DNA of 64,000 nt from Pseudomonas sp. (lineage in GTDB: Bacteria; Pseudomonadota; Gammaproteobacteria; Pseudomonadales; Pseudomonadaceae). Positions 1-8,812 of the stretch are shown here, one piece after another. Numbering within the stretch: position 1 is the first letter of the stretch; the number at the start of each line of letters is the position of its first letter. The position numbers and the translations under genes were made by a program. A model generated the notes under the pieces. It had not been told where the DNA came from and ran no database searches. It was given only the letters and a program-made list of their open reading frames with translations. The stretch lies in the NCBI RefSeq assembly GCF_050282285.1, contig NZ_JBLZZJ010000013.1; one strand, given 5' to 3'.

Positions 1-87
1 GACCTGCCCGTCATCCTTGCTCTTCTTGAGCTTCTGCTGGGACGCTTCCTCGGTCTTTTCCTGGGAGCTGGCGTTCTGCTCAGACAT
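1..87 (-). CDS. flhB: FlhB flagellar export-gate protein, first 29 codons only (gene continues off the left edge)
   Basis: Not in the ORF track because it is partial. The reverse-strand ATG at 85-87 reads MSEQNASSQEKTEEASQQKLKKSKDDGQV. This fits the conserved FlhB N-terminal signature KTE-x-(P/A)(T/S)...(K/R)(E/D)(E/D)GQ(V/I). The ATG overlaps the fliR stop at 80-82. Confidence 0.75.
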   Translation of the reverse strand, partial: MSEQNASSQEKTEEASQQKLKKSKDDGQV

Positions 88-880
88 CGGCGCCCTCCTG
101 CAGGATCGTGCCGATGTTGTGCAGCAGCTCCCGGGTCAGGTGCAGGTAGTTTTCCGGCAGGTTGGGCATGGTCAGGTACATGCACAGCAGCCCCACCAGA
201 ATGGTGATGGGAAAGCCCAGGGAAAACAGGTTCATCGCCGGCGAAATACGGTTCAGCAGGCCGAAGCAGAACTGCACCAGGGTCATGCAGAACACCACCG
301 GCAGGGTAATCAGCACCGCGGCGGAGAACACCCAGGCGATCGCCTGCAGAAAGCGCTCGAAGCCCATGTACTGCAGGCCGCTGCCCACCGGCCAGTAGAT
401 GAAGCTCTGGTACACCACGCTGACGGTCAGCAGGTGGCCGTCGATGGCCAGGAACAGGAACACCAGCAGGATGAAGTACAGCTGGTAGACGATGGAAGAC
501 GACGACACCCCGTTCATGGGGTCGTTGTAGCGCGCCATGCTCATGCCCATCTGGGTGGAGATCACCTCGCCGACCAGCATGAAAATGGTGAACACCAGCT
601 GCAGGGTCAGCCCCAGCAGGATGCCGAACAGCACCTGCTCCAGGGTGGTCAGCAGGCCCTTCAGCGACAGCGGCTCGATCTGCGGCGACTCGGGCAGCGA
701 GGCGCCCAGGGCAATGGTCAGCGCCAGGGCCAGCAGCACGCGCACGCGGATCGACAGCGCCTTGTGGTTGAACAGCGGCGCCATGCTGAACAGCGCCAGG
801 ATGCGACAGAACGGCCACCAGTACGCGAGCATGGTGTTCAGGTACTGGCTGGCCTGCATCAGGGGTTCGGTCGCTTGCAT
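80..880 (-). CDS. fliR: FliR flagellar type III export membrane protein
   Basis: ORF 80..1093 trimmed to Met72 (MQATEPLMQASQYL...), which begins 6 nt after the fliQ stop. It is a polytopic membrane protein of about 266 aa in the fliP-fliQ-fliR position. Confidence 0.9.
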   Translation of the reverse strand: MQATEPLMQASQYLNTMLAYWWPFCRILALFSMAPLFNHKALSIRVRVLLALALTIALGASLPESPQIEPLSLKGLLTTLEQVLFGILLGLTLQLVFTIFMLVGEVISTQMGMSMARYNDPMNGVSSSSIVYQLYFILLVFLFLAIDGHLLTVSVVYQSFIYWPVGSGLQYMGFERFLQAIAWVFSAAVLITLPVVFCMTLVQFCFGLLNRISPAMNLFSLGFPITILVGLLCMYLTMPNLPENYLHLTRELLHNIGTILQEGADV

Positions 881-885
881 GTGCG

Positions 886-1158
886 TCAGCCGACCAGCCG
901 GCCTGCCTGCTTGAAGGTTTCGATGAACAGGTCGCTCAGGGTGCGCAGGATCCAGTGCCCGGCGAACATCAGCATGCCGAGGGTGATCAGCAGGCGCGGC
1001 AGGAAGCTGAGCATCTGCTCGTTGATCTGCGTGGCCGCCTGGAAAATGCTCACCAGCAGGCCGCCGATCAGGCTGGGCACGATCAGCACGCACACCACCA
1101 GGGCGGTGATGTACACCGCATTGGAGACGATGGTGACGGCGACTTCCGGAGTGAGCAT
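886..1158 (-). CDS. fliQ: FliQ flagellar export membrane protein
   Basis: 90 aa protein with two TM segments and the sequence ...FQAATQINEQMLSFLPRLL... typical of FliQ/SctS. It lies between fliP and fliR. Confidence 0.92.
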   Translation of the reverse strand: MLTPEVAVTIVSNAVYITALVVCVLIVPSLIGGLLVSIFQAATQINEQMLSFLPRLLITLGMLMFAGHWILRTLSDLFIETFKQAGRLVG

Positions 1159-1171
1159 GCGCGCGGCCTCG

Positions 1172-1930
1172 CTAGAACGGCTGGATACTGGTGGTGAGGG
1201 TGCCGACCAGCAGTGTCCAGCCGTCGACCAGTACGAAAATCATCAGTTTGAAGGGCAGCGAGATCATCATCGGCGACAGCATCATCATGCCCATCGCCAT
1301 CAGCACGCTGGCGACCACCAGGTCGATTACCAGGAACGGCACGAAAATCATGAAGCCCAGCTGGAACGCGGTTTTCAGCTCGCTGAGCACGAAGGCCGGC
1401 AGCAGCAGAGAGAAGTCCAGCTCGGCCAAGTCGCCGGGCATTTCTTCGCCGGCCAGAGCGACCATGGTTTCCAGCGAGTTGACGTTGGTCTGCGACAGCA
1501 TGAACCGACTGATGGTGGTCTTGGCTGCGCCGAGGCCTTGCTCCAGGGTGATCTGGTCGGACTCGAACGGCACATAGGCCTCGGTGTAGATCTCCTGCCA
1601 GACCGGGCGCATCACCAGCAGTGTCAGGCACAGGGCGACGCCGATCAGCACCGGGTTCGGCGGGCTCTGCTGCAGGCCGATGGCCTGGCGCAGAATGGCC
1701 AGCACGATGATGAAACGGGTGAAGCAGGTCATCATCATCAGCATCGCCGGCAGGAAGCCGAGCAGCGTCATGATCAGCAGGATCTGCAGCTTGACGCTCA
1801 GCTCCTGGCCGTTCTCGGTGTCGTTCAGGCTGAACAGCGAGATGTCGCCACCCGCCGCCTGGGCCAGCATCGGCGAAGCCATGCCGCCGAGCAGCAGGCC
1901 CCAGGAGAACAGCCGCCGCACGCGTGTCAT
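1172..1930 (-). CDS. fliP: FliP flagellar export membrane protein
   Basis: 252 aa with an N-terminal signal sequence. FliP/SctR motifs are present (FTRFIIVLAILRQAIGLQQSPPN and GFMIFVPFLVIDLVVASVLMAMGMMMLSP). Its start overlaps the fliN stop, so no fliO lies between them. Confidence 0.95.
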   Translation of the reverse strand: MTRVRRLFSWGLLLGGMASPMLAQAAGGDISLFSLNDTENGQELSVKLQILLIMTLLGFLPAMLMMMTCFTRFIIVLAILRQAIGLQQSPPNPVLIGVALCLTLLVMRPVWQEIYTEAYVPFESDQITLEQGLGAAKTTISRFMLSQTNVNSLETMVALAGEEMPGDLAELDFSLLLPAFVLSELKTAFQLGFMIFVPFLVIDLVVASVLMAMGMMMLSPMMISLPFKLMIFVLVDGWTLLVGTLTTSIQPF

Positions 1931-2298
1931 GCGGTCAGGTCGTTCAGGCTGGCACCGCTGAGTTCGACGATGCGCAGGCCGTAGTTGCCGTTCATCACCA
2001 CCACCTCGGCCTTGGCGAACAGCGCGCCATTGACCTTTACGTCCAGCGGCTCGCCGGCCAGCTTGTCGAGGACGATCACGCTGCTGGCGTCGACGTCCAT
2101 CAGCTCCTTCAGGGAAATCTCGGTGGAGGCGACTTCCAGGGTGACGTTGACCGGGATCTTGCCGAAGAAGCTCAAGTCCTGCTGAGGCAACTGGACCGGG
2201 GTGTCGACGGCGGCCGTCTCGTTGCCGATTGCGGGCAGGCCGAGGTCGCTGTCATTGATCAGGCTGTCGAATTCGTTATCGGAAAGGGGGCCGTTCAT
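1927..2298 (-). CDS. fliN: FliN C-ring / switch protein
   Basis: 123 aa with a C-terminal SpoA-type domain (VNVTLEVASTEISLKELMDVDASSVIVLDKLAGEPLDVKVNGALFAKAEVVV). It overlaps fliM by 4 nt. Confidence 0.9.
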   Translation of the reverse strand: MNGPLSDNEFDSLINDSDLGLPAIGNETAAVDTPVQLPQQDLSFFGKIPVNVTLEVASTEISLKELMDVDASSVIVLDKLAGEPLDVKVNGALFAKAEVVVMNGNYGLRIVELSGASLNDLTA

Positions 2299-3134
2299 GG
2301 GTTTTTCACACTCTCAAGAGAGGTCAGAAAGAAGGAGCCGTCTTCTTCGAATAGGGCGCCGCGAAACAGCTTCTGCTGGTTGATCTGCACGTCGCAGCGC
2401 TCCAGCAGGCGGACCATCAGGATGTCGCCCAAGCGCAGGTCGAGTACTTGCGACAACGGCATCTGCATGGACGCGATCACGCAGTCCAGGTGCACCGGCA
2501 GGTGCCTGATCTGCTCGATCGGGTTACCGCTGAGCTGCCCACTGCTGGGGCCGGCCAGACGGCTGGTCAGCTCATCGACCAGTTGCGTATCCAGGTAGAT
2601 GAAGATCGAGGATTGGGTGCCCGTGGTGTGGCTGCTGTAGCTGAACTCGGCCACGTATTCCCACACCGTTTCCACATAAGCGTTTTCGTACGGTGTCAGC
2701 TCGCCGAACGTGGAGCCGGCGAGAATCGAGCGAGCGAAGATCTGCGCGATATCCATACCCAGGCGGCTGCGCATGCGCTGCTCGGAGGTGCTGATCGGTG
2801 GTGTGTCATGGCTGGGTAGCGAAGTACCGCCGTAATAACACTCCAGGGCCTCGGTCAGCAGCGGTCGATCAATGCTGAAACCCACTTTCCCCAACGGGGA
2901 GCGGTATATGCACTCCGCAGCCTGTTCACGCTGCTCGTGGACTATCACGTTATTAAGTTCGAGATTGATCCGGTAATTACGCAGGAAATAATCACTGATC
3001 ACCCGCGGGTGTTTGCTGGACAACTCCCGGATGTAAAGGGGGATCTTGTGATAATGCCTGCCCAACTTCTGCGGCTTTAACCGGGTCAGACTATCGGCGG
3101 GCACGCCATGGTGGACTTTTGCATTGCCAGTCAT
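2295..3134 (-). CDS. fliM: FliM C-ring / switch protein, short lateral-type form
   Basis: 279 aa with FliM-like middle and C-terminal SpoA regions (...LDLRLGDILMVRLLERCDVQINQQKLFRGAL...). It is the first gene of fliMNPQR-flhB. The N-terminus MTGNAKVHHGVPADSLTRLK has no LSQxEIDALL CheY-P binding peptide. Confidence 0.85.
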   Translation of the reverse strand: MTGNAKVHHGVPADSLTRLKPQKLGRHYHKIPLYIRELSSKHPRVISDYFLRNYRINLELNNVIVHEQREQAAECIYRSPLGKVGFSIDRPLLTEALECYYGGTSLPSHDTPPISTSEQRMRSRLGMDIAQIFARSILAGSTFGELTPYENAYVETVWEYVAEFSYSSHTTGTQSSIFIYLDTQLVDELTSRLAGPSSGQLSGNPIEQIRHLPVHLDCVIASMQMPLSQVLDLRLGDILMVRLLERCDVQINQQKLFRGALFEEDGSFFLTSLESVKNP

Positions 3135-3594
3135 GTTGTGAGCTGTCTTCCTGGAAATTAATGCAGGACGTTCTCTGGCCCGCCAGGCGGTCGTTATAGA
3201 AAACAGTGTCTATGGACTGGAGGGGCTGCGTGATATGCAGCGACAACGGCCCACGCCGCACAGTGCCTGTGATAGAGACCTGTGTAGATGAGGGGCGAGT
3301 CTAGGGAGAGAGGCGCTGAAAATTAAATCAATAGATATCAAATGCTGTTTTTGATAAGCCTTGGCGGCGCTTGATTTAAATTTACGCTAAGTGATTCGGG
3401 CTTTTTTTGTGCGCTTGTTAACGTTCGCGGCGTGAACCCGTTTTGCTTTATCCGGTGCAACGCAATTGCATGAAGCAGATGCCTATTAGAGACGACCGGA
3501 TTGGAAAGTTCCTTAAACACCGTCACAAAAAATAGACGGCGTTTACAGCAAGTACGGCGCGTGTGCCGGACAATAAACAAACAGGTGATTTACA

Positions 3595-5007
3595 TTGAAG
3601 TCGTTCCCTCAATCAGTGAATTATGCCTGCGACAGGTTGTTCGATGAGCTGCCGGCGCAGCAGACAACCATTATTGTTGGCCACGCCAGCGAAGACAGTT
3701 ACGCGCTGTTGAGCAAAGGCCTGCAACGCCAGGGTTGCCGGGTCAGCCGTTACGCCAGTTGTGCCGACCTGGACGCCCGGGTGTTGGCCCAGGCGAGCCT
3801 GGTCTTCGTCTTCATCAGCAGCCTGCCGGCCCATGCGCTGTTTGCCCAGGTCGGGGCGATGATGCGCGGTGCGCAGACCATCAGTGTCATTCCCATCGTT
3901 GAATACGCAGACCAGGAAAAAGCTGCCGCACTGCTGGAGCTGGGTTGCGTCGATTACCTGTTGTCGCCCTTCAGTGAATCCCAGCTGAGCGCCCTGCTGC
4001 GTCGTCAGGAGTCGGCCCTGGCCGCCGAGGAAAGTTTCGTCTCCTGCTCCCAGGCCGGGCGCCGCCTGTTGGCCATGGCCCAGCGTGTGGCACTGACCCG
4101 TGCGCCGATCCTCATCACCGGCGAGACCGGCACCGGCAAGGAGCTGATGGCGCGCTACATCCACCGCTTCTCCACCAGCGACGACGCGCCCTTTATTGCC
4201 GTGAACTGCGCGGCGATCCCCGAGCAGATGCTCGAATCCATTCTGTTCGGCCACGAGCGTGGGGCGTTCACCGGCGCGGTGAATGCGCAGCCCGGCAAGT
4301 TCGAACTGGCCAATGGCGGGACCCTGGTCCTCGACGAAATTGGCGAACTGCCCCTGGGCCTGCAGGCCAAGTTGCTGCGCGTGCTGCAGGAGCAGCGGGT
4401 CGAACGCCTGGGCGGGCGCAAGGAAATCAAACTGGACGTGCGCATCATCGCCGCGACCAACCGTGACCTGCAGGTGGAAGTGGCAGAAGGGCGGTTCCGC
4501 GCCGACCTGATGTTCCGCCTGGACGTATTGCCCCTGCACATCATGCCGCTGCGTGAGCGCAAGGACGATGTGCTGCCCCTGGCCCGGCGCTTCATCCGCA
4601 AGTACGCCCCGCAGGAGCAGCACGACAACCTGCTCACCGACCAAGCCTGCGCCGCGCTCCTGGCCCATGACTGGCCGGGCAACGTACGCGAGCTGGAGAA
4701 CACCCTGCAGCGCGCCCTGGTGCTGCGCAACGGCCTGTTCATCCAGCCCCAGGACCTGGGCCTGGCCGTACCGGCCACCGCCGTCGCCAGCCAGCCCGTA
4801 CTGGCGCAGCCGTCGATGGTCGATGGCGGTGGCAAGGCGGCCCTGCGCGCCAGTGGCAAGTGGGCCGAGTACCAGCACGTGATCGACACCATCCGCCGTT
4901 TCGGCGGGCACAAGACCAAGGCCGCGGAAAGCCTGGGCATGACGCCCCGGGCCCTGCGCTACCGCCTCAATGCCATGCGTGAGCAGGGCGTGCAGATAAC
5001 CATCTAA
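3595..5007 (+). CDS. Sigma-54-dependent transcriptional activator (LafK/FleQ-like flagellar master regulator)
   Basis: 470 aa with a TTG start 8 nt after AGGTG. It has Walker A GETGTGKE, the sigma-54 contact motif GAFTGA and a C-terminal Fis-type HTH (AAESLGMTPRALRYRLN). The N-terminal receiver-like domain lacks the acidic pocket, phospho-Asp and conserved Lys (IIVGHAS / FVFISSLP / LLSPF). Confidence 0.9.
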   Translation: MKSFPQSVNYACDRLFDELPAQQTTIIVGHASEDSYALLSKGLQRQGCRVSRYASCADLDARVLAQASLVFVFISSLPAHALFAQVGAMMRGAQTISVIPIVEYADQEKAAALLELGCVDYLLSPFSESQLSALLRRQESALAAEESFVSCSQAGRRLLAMAQRVALTRAPILITGETGTGKELMARYIHRFSTSDDAPFIAVNCAAIPEQMLESILFGHERGAFTGAVNAQPGKFELANGGTLVLDEIGELPLGLQAKLLRVLQEQRVERLGGRKEIKLDVRIIAATNRDLQVEVAEGRFRADLMFRLDVLPLHIMPLRERKDDVLPLARRFIRKYAPQEQHDNLLTDQACAALLAHDWPGNVRELENTLQRALVLRNGLFIQPQDLGLAVPATAVASQPVLAQPSMVDGGGKAALRASGKWAEYQHVIDTIRRFGGHKTKAAESLGMTPRALRYRLNAMREQGVQITI

Positions 5008-5034
5008 CAAGTCCACAGGTTCGGAGAGCAGAGG

Positions 5035-5367
5035 ATGAATTCACTCATGCAGGTGCAGCAGGACATGCTGGGCCGGATGGATCAGATCAAGACCCTGTCC
5101 GAGGGTTCGGTGATCAAGCCCGCCCAGCTGTTCGAGGCCCAGCCTCAGCAAGGGTTCGCGGTGGCCTTCGACAACGTCCTGCGGGCTGTGGATAACCAGC
5201 AGCACCAGGCCGGCGCCGCCGCAGCCGCGGTGGACAGTGGCAAGAGCGATGATCTGGTGGGCGCGATGATCGAGAGCCAGAAGGCCAGCGTCTCGTTCTC
5301 GGCGTTGATGCAGGTGCGCAACAAGATCACCAGTGCCTTCGAAGAAGTCATGAGGATGCCAATGTGA
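5035..5367 (+). CDS. fliE: FliE flagellar basal-body protein
   Basis: 110 aa with the C-terminal FliE signature ...MIESQKASVSFSALMQVRNKITSAFEEVMRMPM. It lies immediately upstream of fliF. Confidence 0.9.
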   Translation: MNSLMQVQQDMLGRMDQIKTLSEGSVIKPAQLFEAQPQQGFAVAFDNVLRAVDNQQHQAGAAAAAVDSGKSDDLVGAMIESQKASVSFSALMQVRNKITSAFEEVMRMPM

Positions 5368-5387
5368 TCGGGCGAGAGTACTGAGCC

Positions 5388-7064
5388 GTGCTGGAACTCA
5401 TAAAGAGCAAACTGCCCGAGGGCGGTTTCAAACTCGACCCGCGCCTGACGCTGCTGGCCTTGGCGGTCGTCGCCGCGCTGCTGGCCGTCGGCGTGGTCTA
5501 TTACCTATGGCGTGACCAGGGCGCGTACCGGCCGTTGTATGGCGCCGGTGAGGCGTTCCCCGCTGCCGAAGTCATGCAGGTGCTGGACGCCGATGCCATC
5601 GCCTACCGCCTGCACCCGCAGAGCGGTCAGGTGCTGGTCCGCGAAGACCAGCTTGGCCGCGCGCGCATGCTGCTGACCGCCAAGGGCGTGCAGGTGGCGG
5701 TACCCACTGGCTACGAGCTGTTCGACAAGGAAGAGCCCCTGGGCACCAGCCAGTTCGTCCAGGACGTGCGCCTCAAGCGCAGCCTGGAAGGCGAGCTGGC
5801 GCGCACGGTGATGTCGCTGAAAGGCATCGACTCGGCGCGGGTACACCTGGCGCTGCAGGAGCAAGGCTCCTTTGTCGTCAGCAAGCGTGACCCGGCCAAG
5901 GCCTCGGTCATGCTGCAGATGGCGCCGGGCTACAAGCTGACCCCGGAACAGGTCGGCGCCATCGTCAACCTGGTGGCCAACAGCGTGCCGCAGCTGGGCA
6001 CCGACAACGTCAGCGTGGTCGACCAGCACGGCGTATTGCTGTCCCGTGGGCTGAACCTGGCCAACGGCCCGGTGCAGAACTGGCAGGTGGTCGACGACTA
6101 CCAGCAGAAGGCGGTGGGCAACGTCGAAGAGGTGCTGGCGCCGATCCTCGGCAACGGCAACTACCGCATCAGCGTGGCCGCCGACATCGACTTCAGCCAG
6201 CGTGAAGAAACCTTCCAGGCCTACGGTGAGTCGCCGCGCCTGCGCAACGAAGTGCTGCGCGACGAAAGCGTGCTCGACCAGCTGGCCCTCGGCGTGCCCG
6301 GCTCCCTGAGCAACCGCCCGGTGCCGGCGCCCGAGCCGCCTGCCGAAGGCGAGCCGGCAGTAGCTGGCGCCGCAGAGGCCGATGTCGCCAACAAAGCGGC
6401 TACCTCCTTGCGCAAGGAATCCAACCGCCAGCTGGATTACGACCAGAGCGTCACCCACGTCAAACACGCGCCGTTCGCCCTGCGCCAGCAGAGCGTGGCG
6501 GTGGTGCTTAACGCCAGCAGCGCGCCGGAAGGCGGCTGGACCCCCGAGGCCCGTGCCGACCTGGAAGCCATGGTCAAGAGCGCGGTGGGCTTCAACCAGG
6601 CGCGCGGCGACCTGCTGACCCTCAGCGTGTTCCCGTTCACCACCAGCGAGATGCCGGTGGAGGCGCTGCCCTGGTGGGAAAACAGCCGCCTGCATGACCT
6701 GGCCAAGCTGGCGGTGTTCGGCCTGATCAGCCTGTTGCTGCTGTTGATGGTGGTGCGGCCGGCGGTGCGCAGCCTGACCCGTCCGGCCCAGCCCGCACTG
6801 CCGGACGAAGGCAACGACGACACCCTAGCCCTGCTCGCGGAGCGTTCCGAACGCCTGCTGGGGCGCAACCAGGACGAGATCGGCGGGCTGAACGTGCTCG
6901 GCGAACTCAACCCGCTGTCGGAAATCCGTCTGCCGGCACCGGGTTCGGGCCTGGAGCTACAGATCGAACATTTGCAGATGTTGGCCAAGAACGATCCTGA
7001 GCGTGTCTCGGAAGTGATCAAGCAATGGATAGGGCGAAATGAAAGAGACCTCAACCCGGCCTGA
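5388..7064 (+). CDS. fliF: FliF MS-ring protein
   Basis: 558 aa with a GTG start and an N-terminal TM segment. The YscJ/FliF ring region is present (LFDKEEPLGTSQFVQDVRLKRSLEGELARTV...ARVHLAL), followed by a C-terminal TM segment and a FliG-binding tail. Confidence 0.95.
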   Translation: MLELIKSKLPEGGFKLDPRLTLLALAVVAALLAVGVVYYLWRDQGAYRPLYGAGEAFPAAEVMQVLDADAIAYRLHPQSGQVLVREDQLGRARMLLTAKGVQVAVPTGYELFDKEEPLGTSQFVQDVRLKRSLEGELARTVMSLKGIDSARVHLALQEQGSFVVSKRDPAKASVMLQMAPGYKLTPEQVGAIVNLVANSVPQLGTDNVSVVDQHGVLLSRGLNLANGPVQNWQVVDDYQQKAVGNVEEVLAPILGNGNYRISVAADIDFSQREETFQAYGESPRLRNEVLRDESVLDQLALGVPGSLSNRPVPAPEPPAEGEPAVAGAAEADVANKAATSLRKESNRQLDYDQSVTHVKHAPFALRQQSVAVVLNASSAPEGGWTPEARADLEAMVKSAVGFNQARGDLLTLSVFPFTTSEMPVEALPWWENSRLHDLAKLAVFGLISLLLLLMVVRPAVRSLTRPAQPALPDEGNDDTLALLAERSERLLGRNQDEIGGLNVLGELNPLSEIRLPAPGSGLELQIEHLQMLAKNDPERVSEVIKQWIGRNERDLNPA

Positions 7065-8103
7065 TGAGCGTGGCTCATCCGCCAAGAAAGAGCTCCAGAC
7101 GCGCTCGCAGATGCGTTCCATGAGCTCGATGGAACAGGCGGCGATCCTCATGCTGAGCATGGGCGATAGCACCTCCGCTGGCGTGCTGCGGCATTTCTCC
7201 CGCGAGGAGATCGTCAGCATCAGCCAGGCCATGGCGCGCCTGTCCAACGTCAAGCAGCCCATGGTGTCGGACGTCATCAGCCGCTTCTTCGACGACTACA
7301 AGGAGCAGAGCAGCATCAAGGGCGCCTCGCGTGCCTACCTGTCGGGCATGCTCGGCAAAGCCCTTGGCAGCGACATCACCCGCAGCCTGCTGGACAGCAT
7401 CTATGGCGAGGAAATCCGCGCCAAGATGGCCAAGATGGAGTGGATCGATCCCAAGCAGTTCGCCGCGCTGATCGCCAAGGAACACGCGCAGATGCAGGCG
7501 GTGTTCCTCGCCTTCCTGCCGCCGGGCATGGCCAGCGAAGTGCTCGAATGCATGCCGGCTTCGCGCCAGGACGAACTGCTGTACCGCATCGCCAACCTCA
7601 GCGAGATCAACAGCGACGTGATCCAGGAACTGGAGCACCTGATCGAGCGCAGCCTGTCGGTGCTTTCCACCCAAGGCTCGCAGGTACGCGGGGTGAAGCA
7701 GGCGGCGGACATCATGAACCGCTTCAAGGGCGACCGGAACCAGATGTTCGAGCTGCTGCGCGCCCACAACGAAGACCTGGTCGGCAAGATCGAAGACGAA
7801 ATGTACGACTTCTTCATCCTCTCGCGGCAGAACCAGGACGTGCTGCAGACCCTGCTCGAAGTCATCCCCCTGGAAGAGTGGGTGGTCGCGCTCAAGGGCG
7901 CCGAGCCGGCGCTGATCAAGGCCATCCAGGGCGCCATGCCCAAGCGCCAGGCGCAGCAGATGGAGTCGATCAACCGCCGCCAGGGCCCGGTGCCGCTGAG
8001 CCGGGTCGAGCAGGTGCGCAAGGACATCATGGGCGTGGTCCGCGAGATGGCCGCCGACGGTGAGTTGCAGGTGCAGCTGTTCCGCGAACAGACAGTGGAA
8101 TGA
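7039..8103 (+). CDS. fliG: FliG rotor/switch protein
   Basis: FliG-like throughout (MEQAAILMLSMGDSTSAGVLRHFSREEIVSISQAM... and ...MPKRQAQQMESI...). The start is uncertain: ATG 7039 overlaps the fliF end, and the alternative Met25 is at 7111. Confidence 0.9.
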   Translation: MKETSTRPDERGSSAKKELQTRSQMRSMSSMEQAAILMLSMGDSTSAGVLRHFSREEIVSISQAMARLSNVKQPMVSDVISRFFDDYKEQSSIKGASRAYLSGMLGKALGSDITRSLLDSIYGEEIRAKMAKMEWIDPKQFAALIAKEHAQMQAVFLAFLPPGMASEVLECMPASRQDELLYRIANLSEINSDVIQELEHLIERSLSVLSTQGSQVRGVKQAADIMNRFKGDRNQMFELLRAHNEDLVGKIEDEMYDFFILSRQNQDVLQTLLEVIPLEEWVVALKGAEPALIKAIQGAMPKRQAQQMESINRRQGPVPLSRVEQVRKDIMGVVREMAADGELQVQLFREQTVE

Positions 8104-8113
8104 GGAGCCGCAC

Positions 8114-8809
8114 ATGACCGTCAAGGTGATCAAGGGCGCCAGTCGCAACTGGCGGCCGTACCGCTTTCCGCCGCGCAGCAGCAACGCGCTACCCGGCGAC
8201 TGGACCGGCGACCCGGCAGCTATGCAGCGGGCCATCGCCGATGGCTTCCAGGAGGGCACCGAGAAGGGCTACCAACAAGGCCTGGAGCAAGGCCAGGAAG
8301 CCGGCCTGCGCGAGGGCTTCGACAAGGGCCGCGAGGAAGGCTTGCGCCTGGGGCGCGATGAAGGCCGCGTCGAAGGTCGGCGGCTGTTCGAGGAGGCCAG
8401 CCGGCCCCTGGAACACGTCAGCGAACAACTGCGCAGCTTCCTCGGCGAACTCGAACTCAAGCGCCGCCAGGAGCTGCTGGAGCTGGTGAAGAAGGTCGCG
8501 CAGCAGGTCATCCGCTGCGAGTTGACCCTGCACCCGACCCAGTTGCTGACCCTGGCCGAAGAAGCCCTGGCGTCGATGCCGGGTGACCAGGGTGATGTGC
8601 GCATCCTGCTCAACCCGGAGGAGTGCGCCCGCATCAAGGACCTGGTGCCCGAGCGCGCCGCCGCCTGGCGCCTGGTGCCGGACGACAAGCTGGCGCTGGG
8701 CGAGTGCCGGGTGGTTACCGCCCAGGCCGAGGCCGACATCGGCTGTCAGCAGCGCCTGGATTCCTGCGTGGACACCCTGTCCGAGCACCTGAAACTGGCC
8801 GAGAGCTGA
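8114..8809 (+). CDS. fliH: FliH flagellar ATPase regulator
   Basis: ORF 8060..8809 trimmed to the ATG at 8114, which follows GAGGAG just after the fliG stop. It has a charged repeat region (EGTEKGYQQGLEQGQEAGLREGFDKGREEG) and a FliH C-terminal domain. It lies between fliG and fliI. Confidence 0.85.
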   Translation: MTVKVIKGASRNWRPYRFPPRSSNALPGDWTGDPAAMQRAIADGFQEGTEKGYQQGLEQGQEAGLREGFDKGREEGLRLGRDEGRVEGRRLFEEASRPLEHVSEQLRSFLGELELKRRQELLELVKKVAQQVIRCELTLHPTQLLTLAEEALASMPGDQGDVRILLNPEECARIKDLVPERAAAWRLVPDDKLALGECRVVTAQAEADIGCQQRLDSCVDTLSEHLKLAES

Positions 8810-8812
8810 CCG

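Noticed and set aside
17-1984. 655-aa plus-strand ORF spanning the fliR-fliQ-fliP region.
   Set aside because: It is antisense to three recognisable flagellar export genes. Its Q/H/R/G/A-rich, low-complexity translation is typical of shadow ORFs in GC-rich DNA.
3451-3475. tccGGtgcaacgcaatTGCatg considered as a sigma-54 promoter for the lafK-like gene.
   Set aside because: The GG-to-GC spacing is two bases too long (N12 rather than N10). It is better described as an inverted repeat, TGCAA-N5-TTGCA, of unknown significance.
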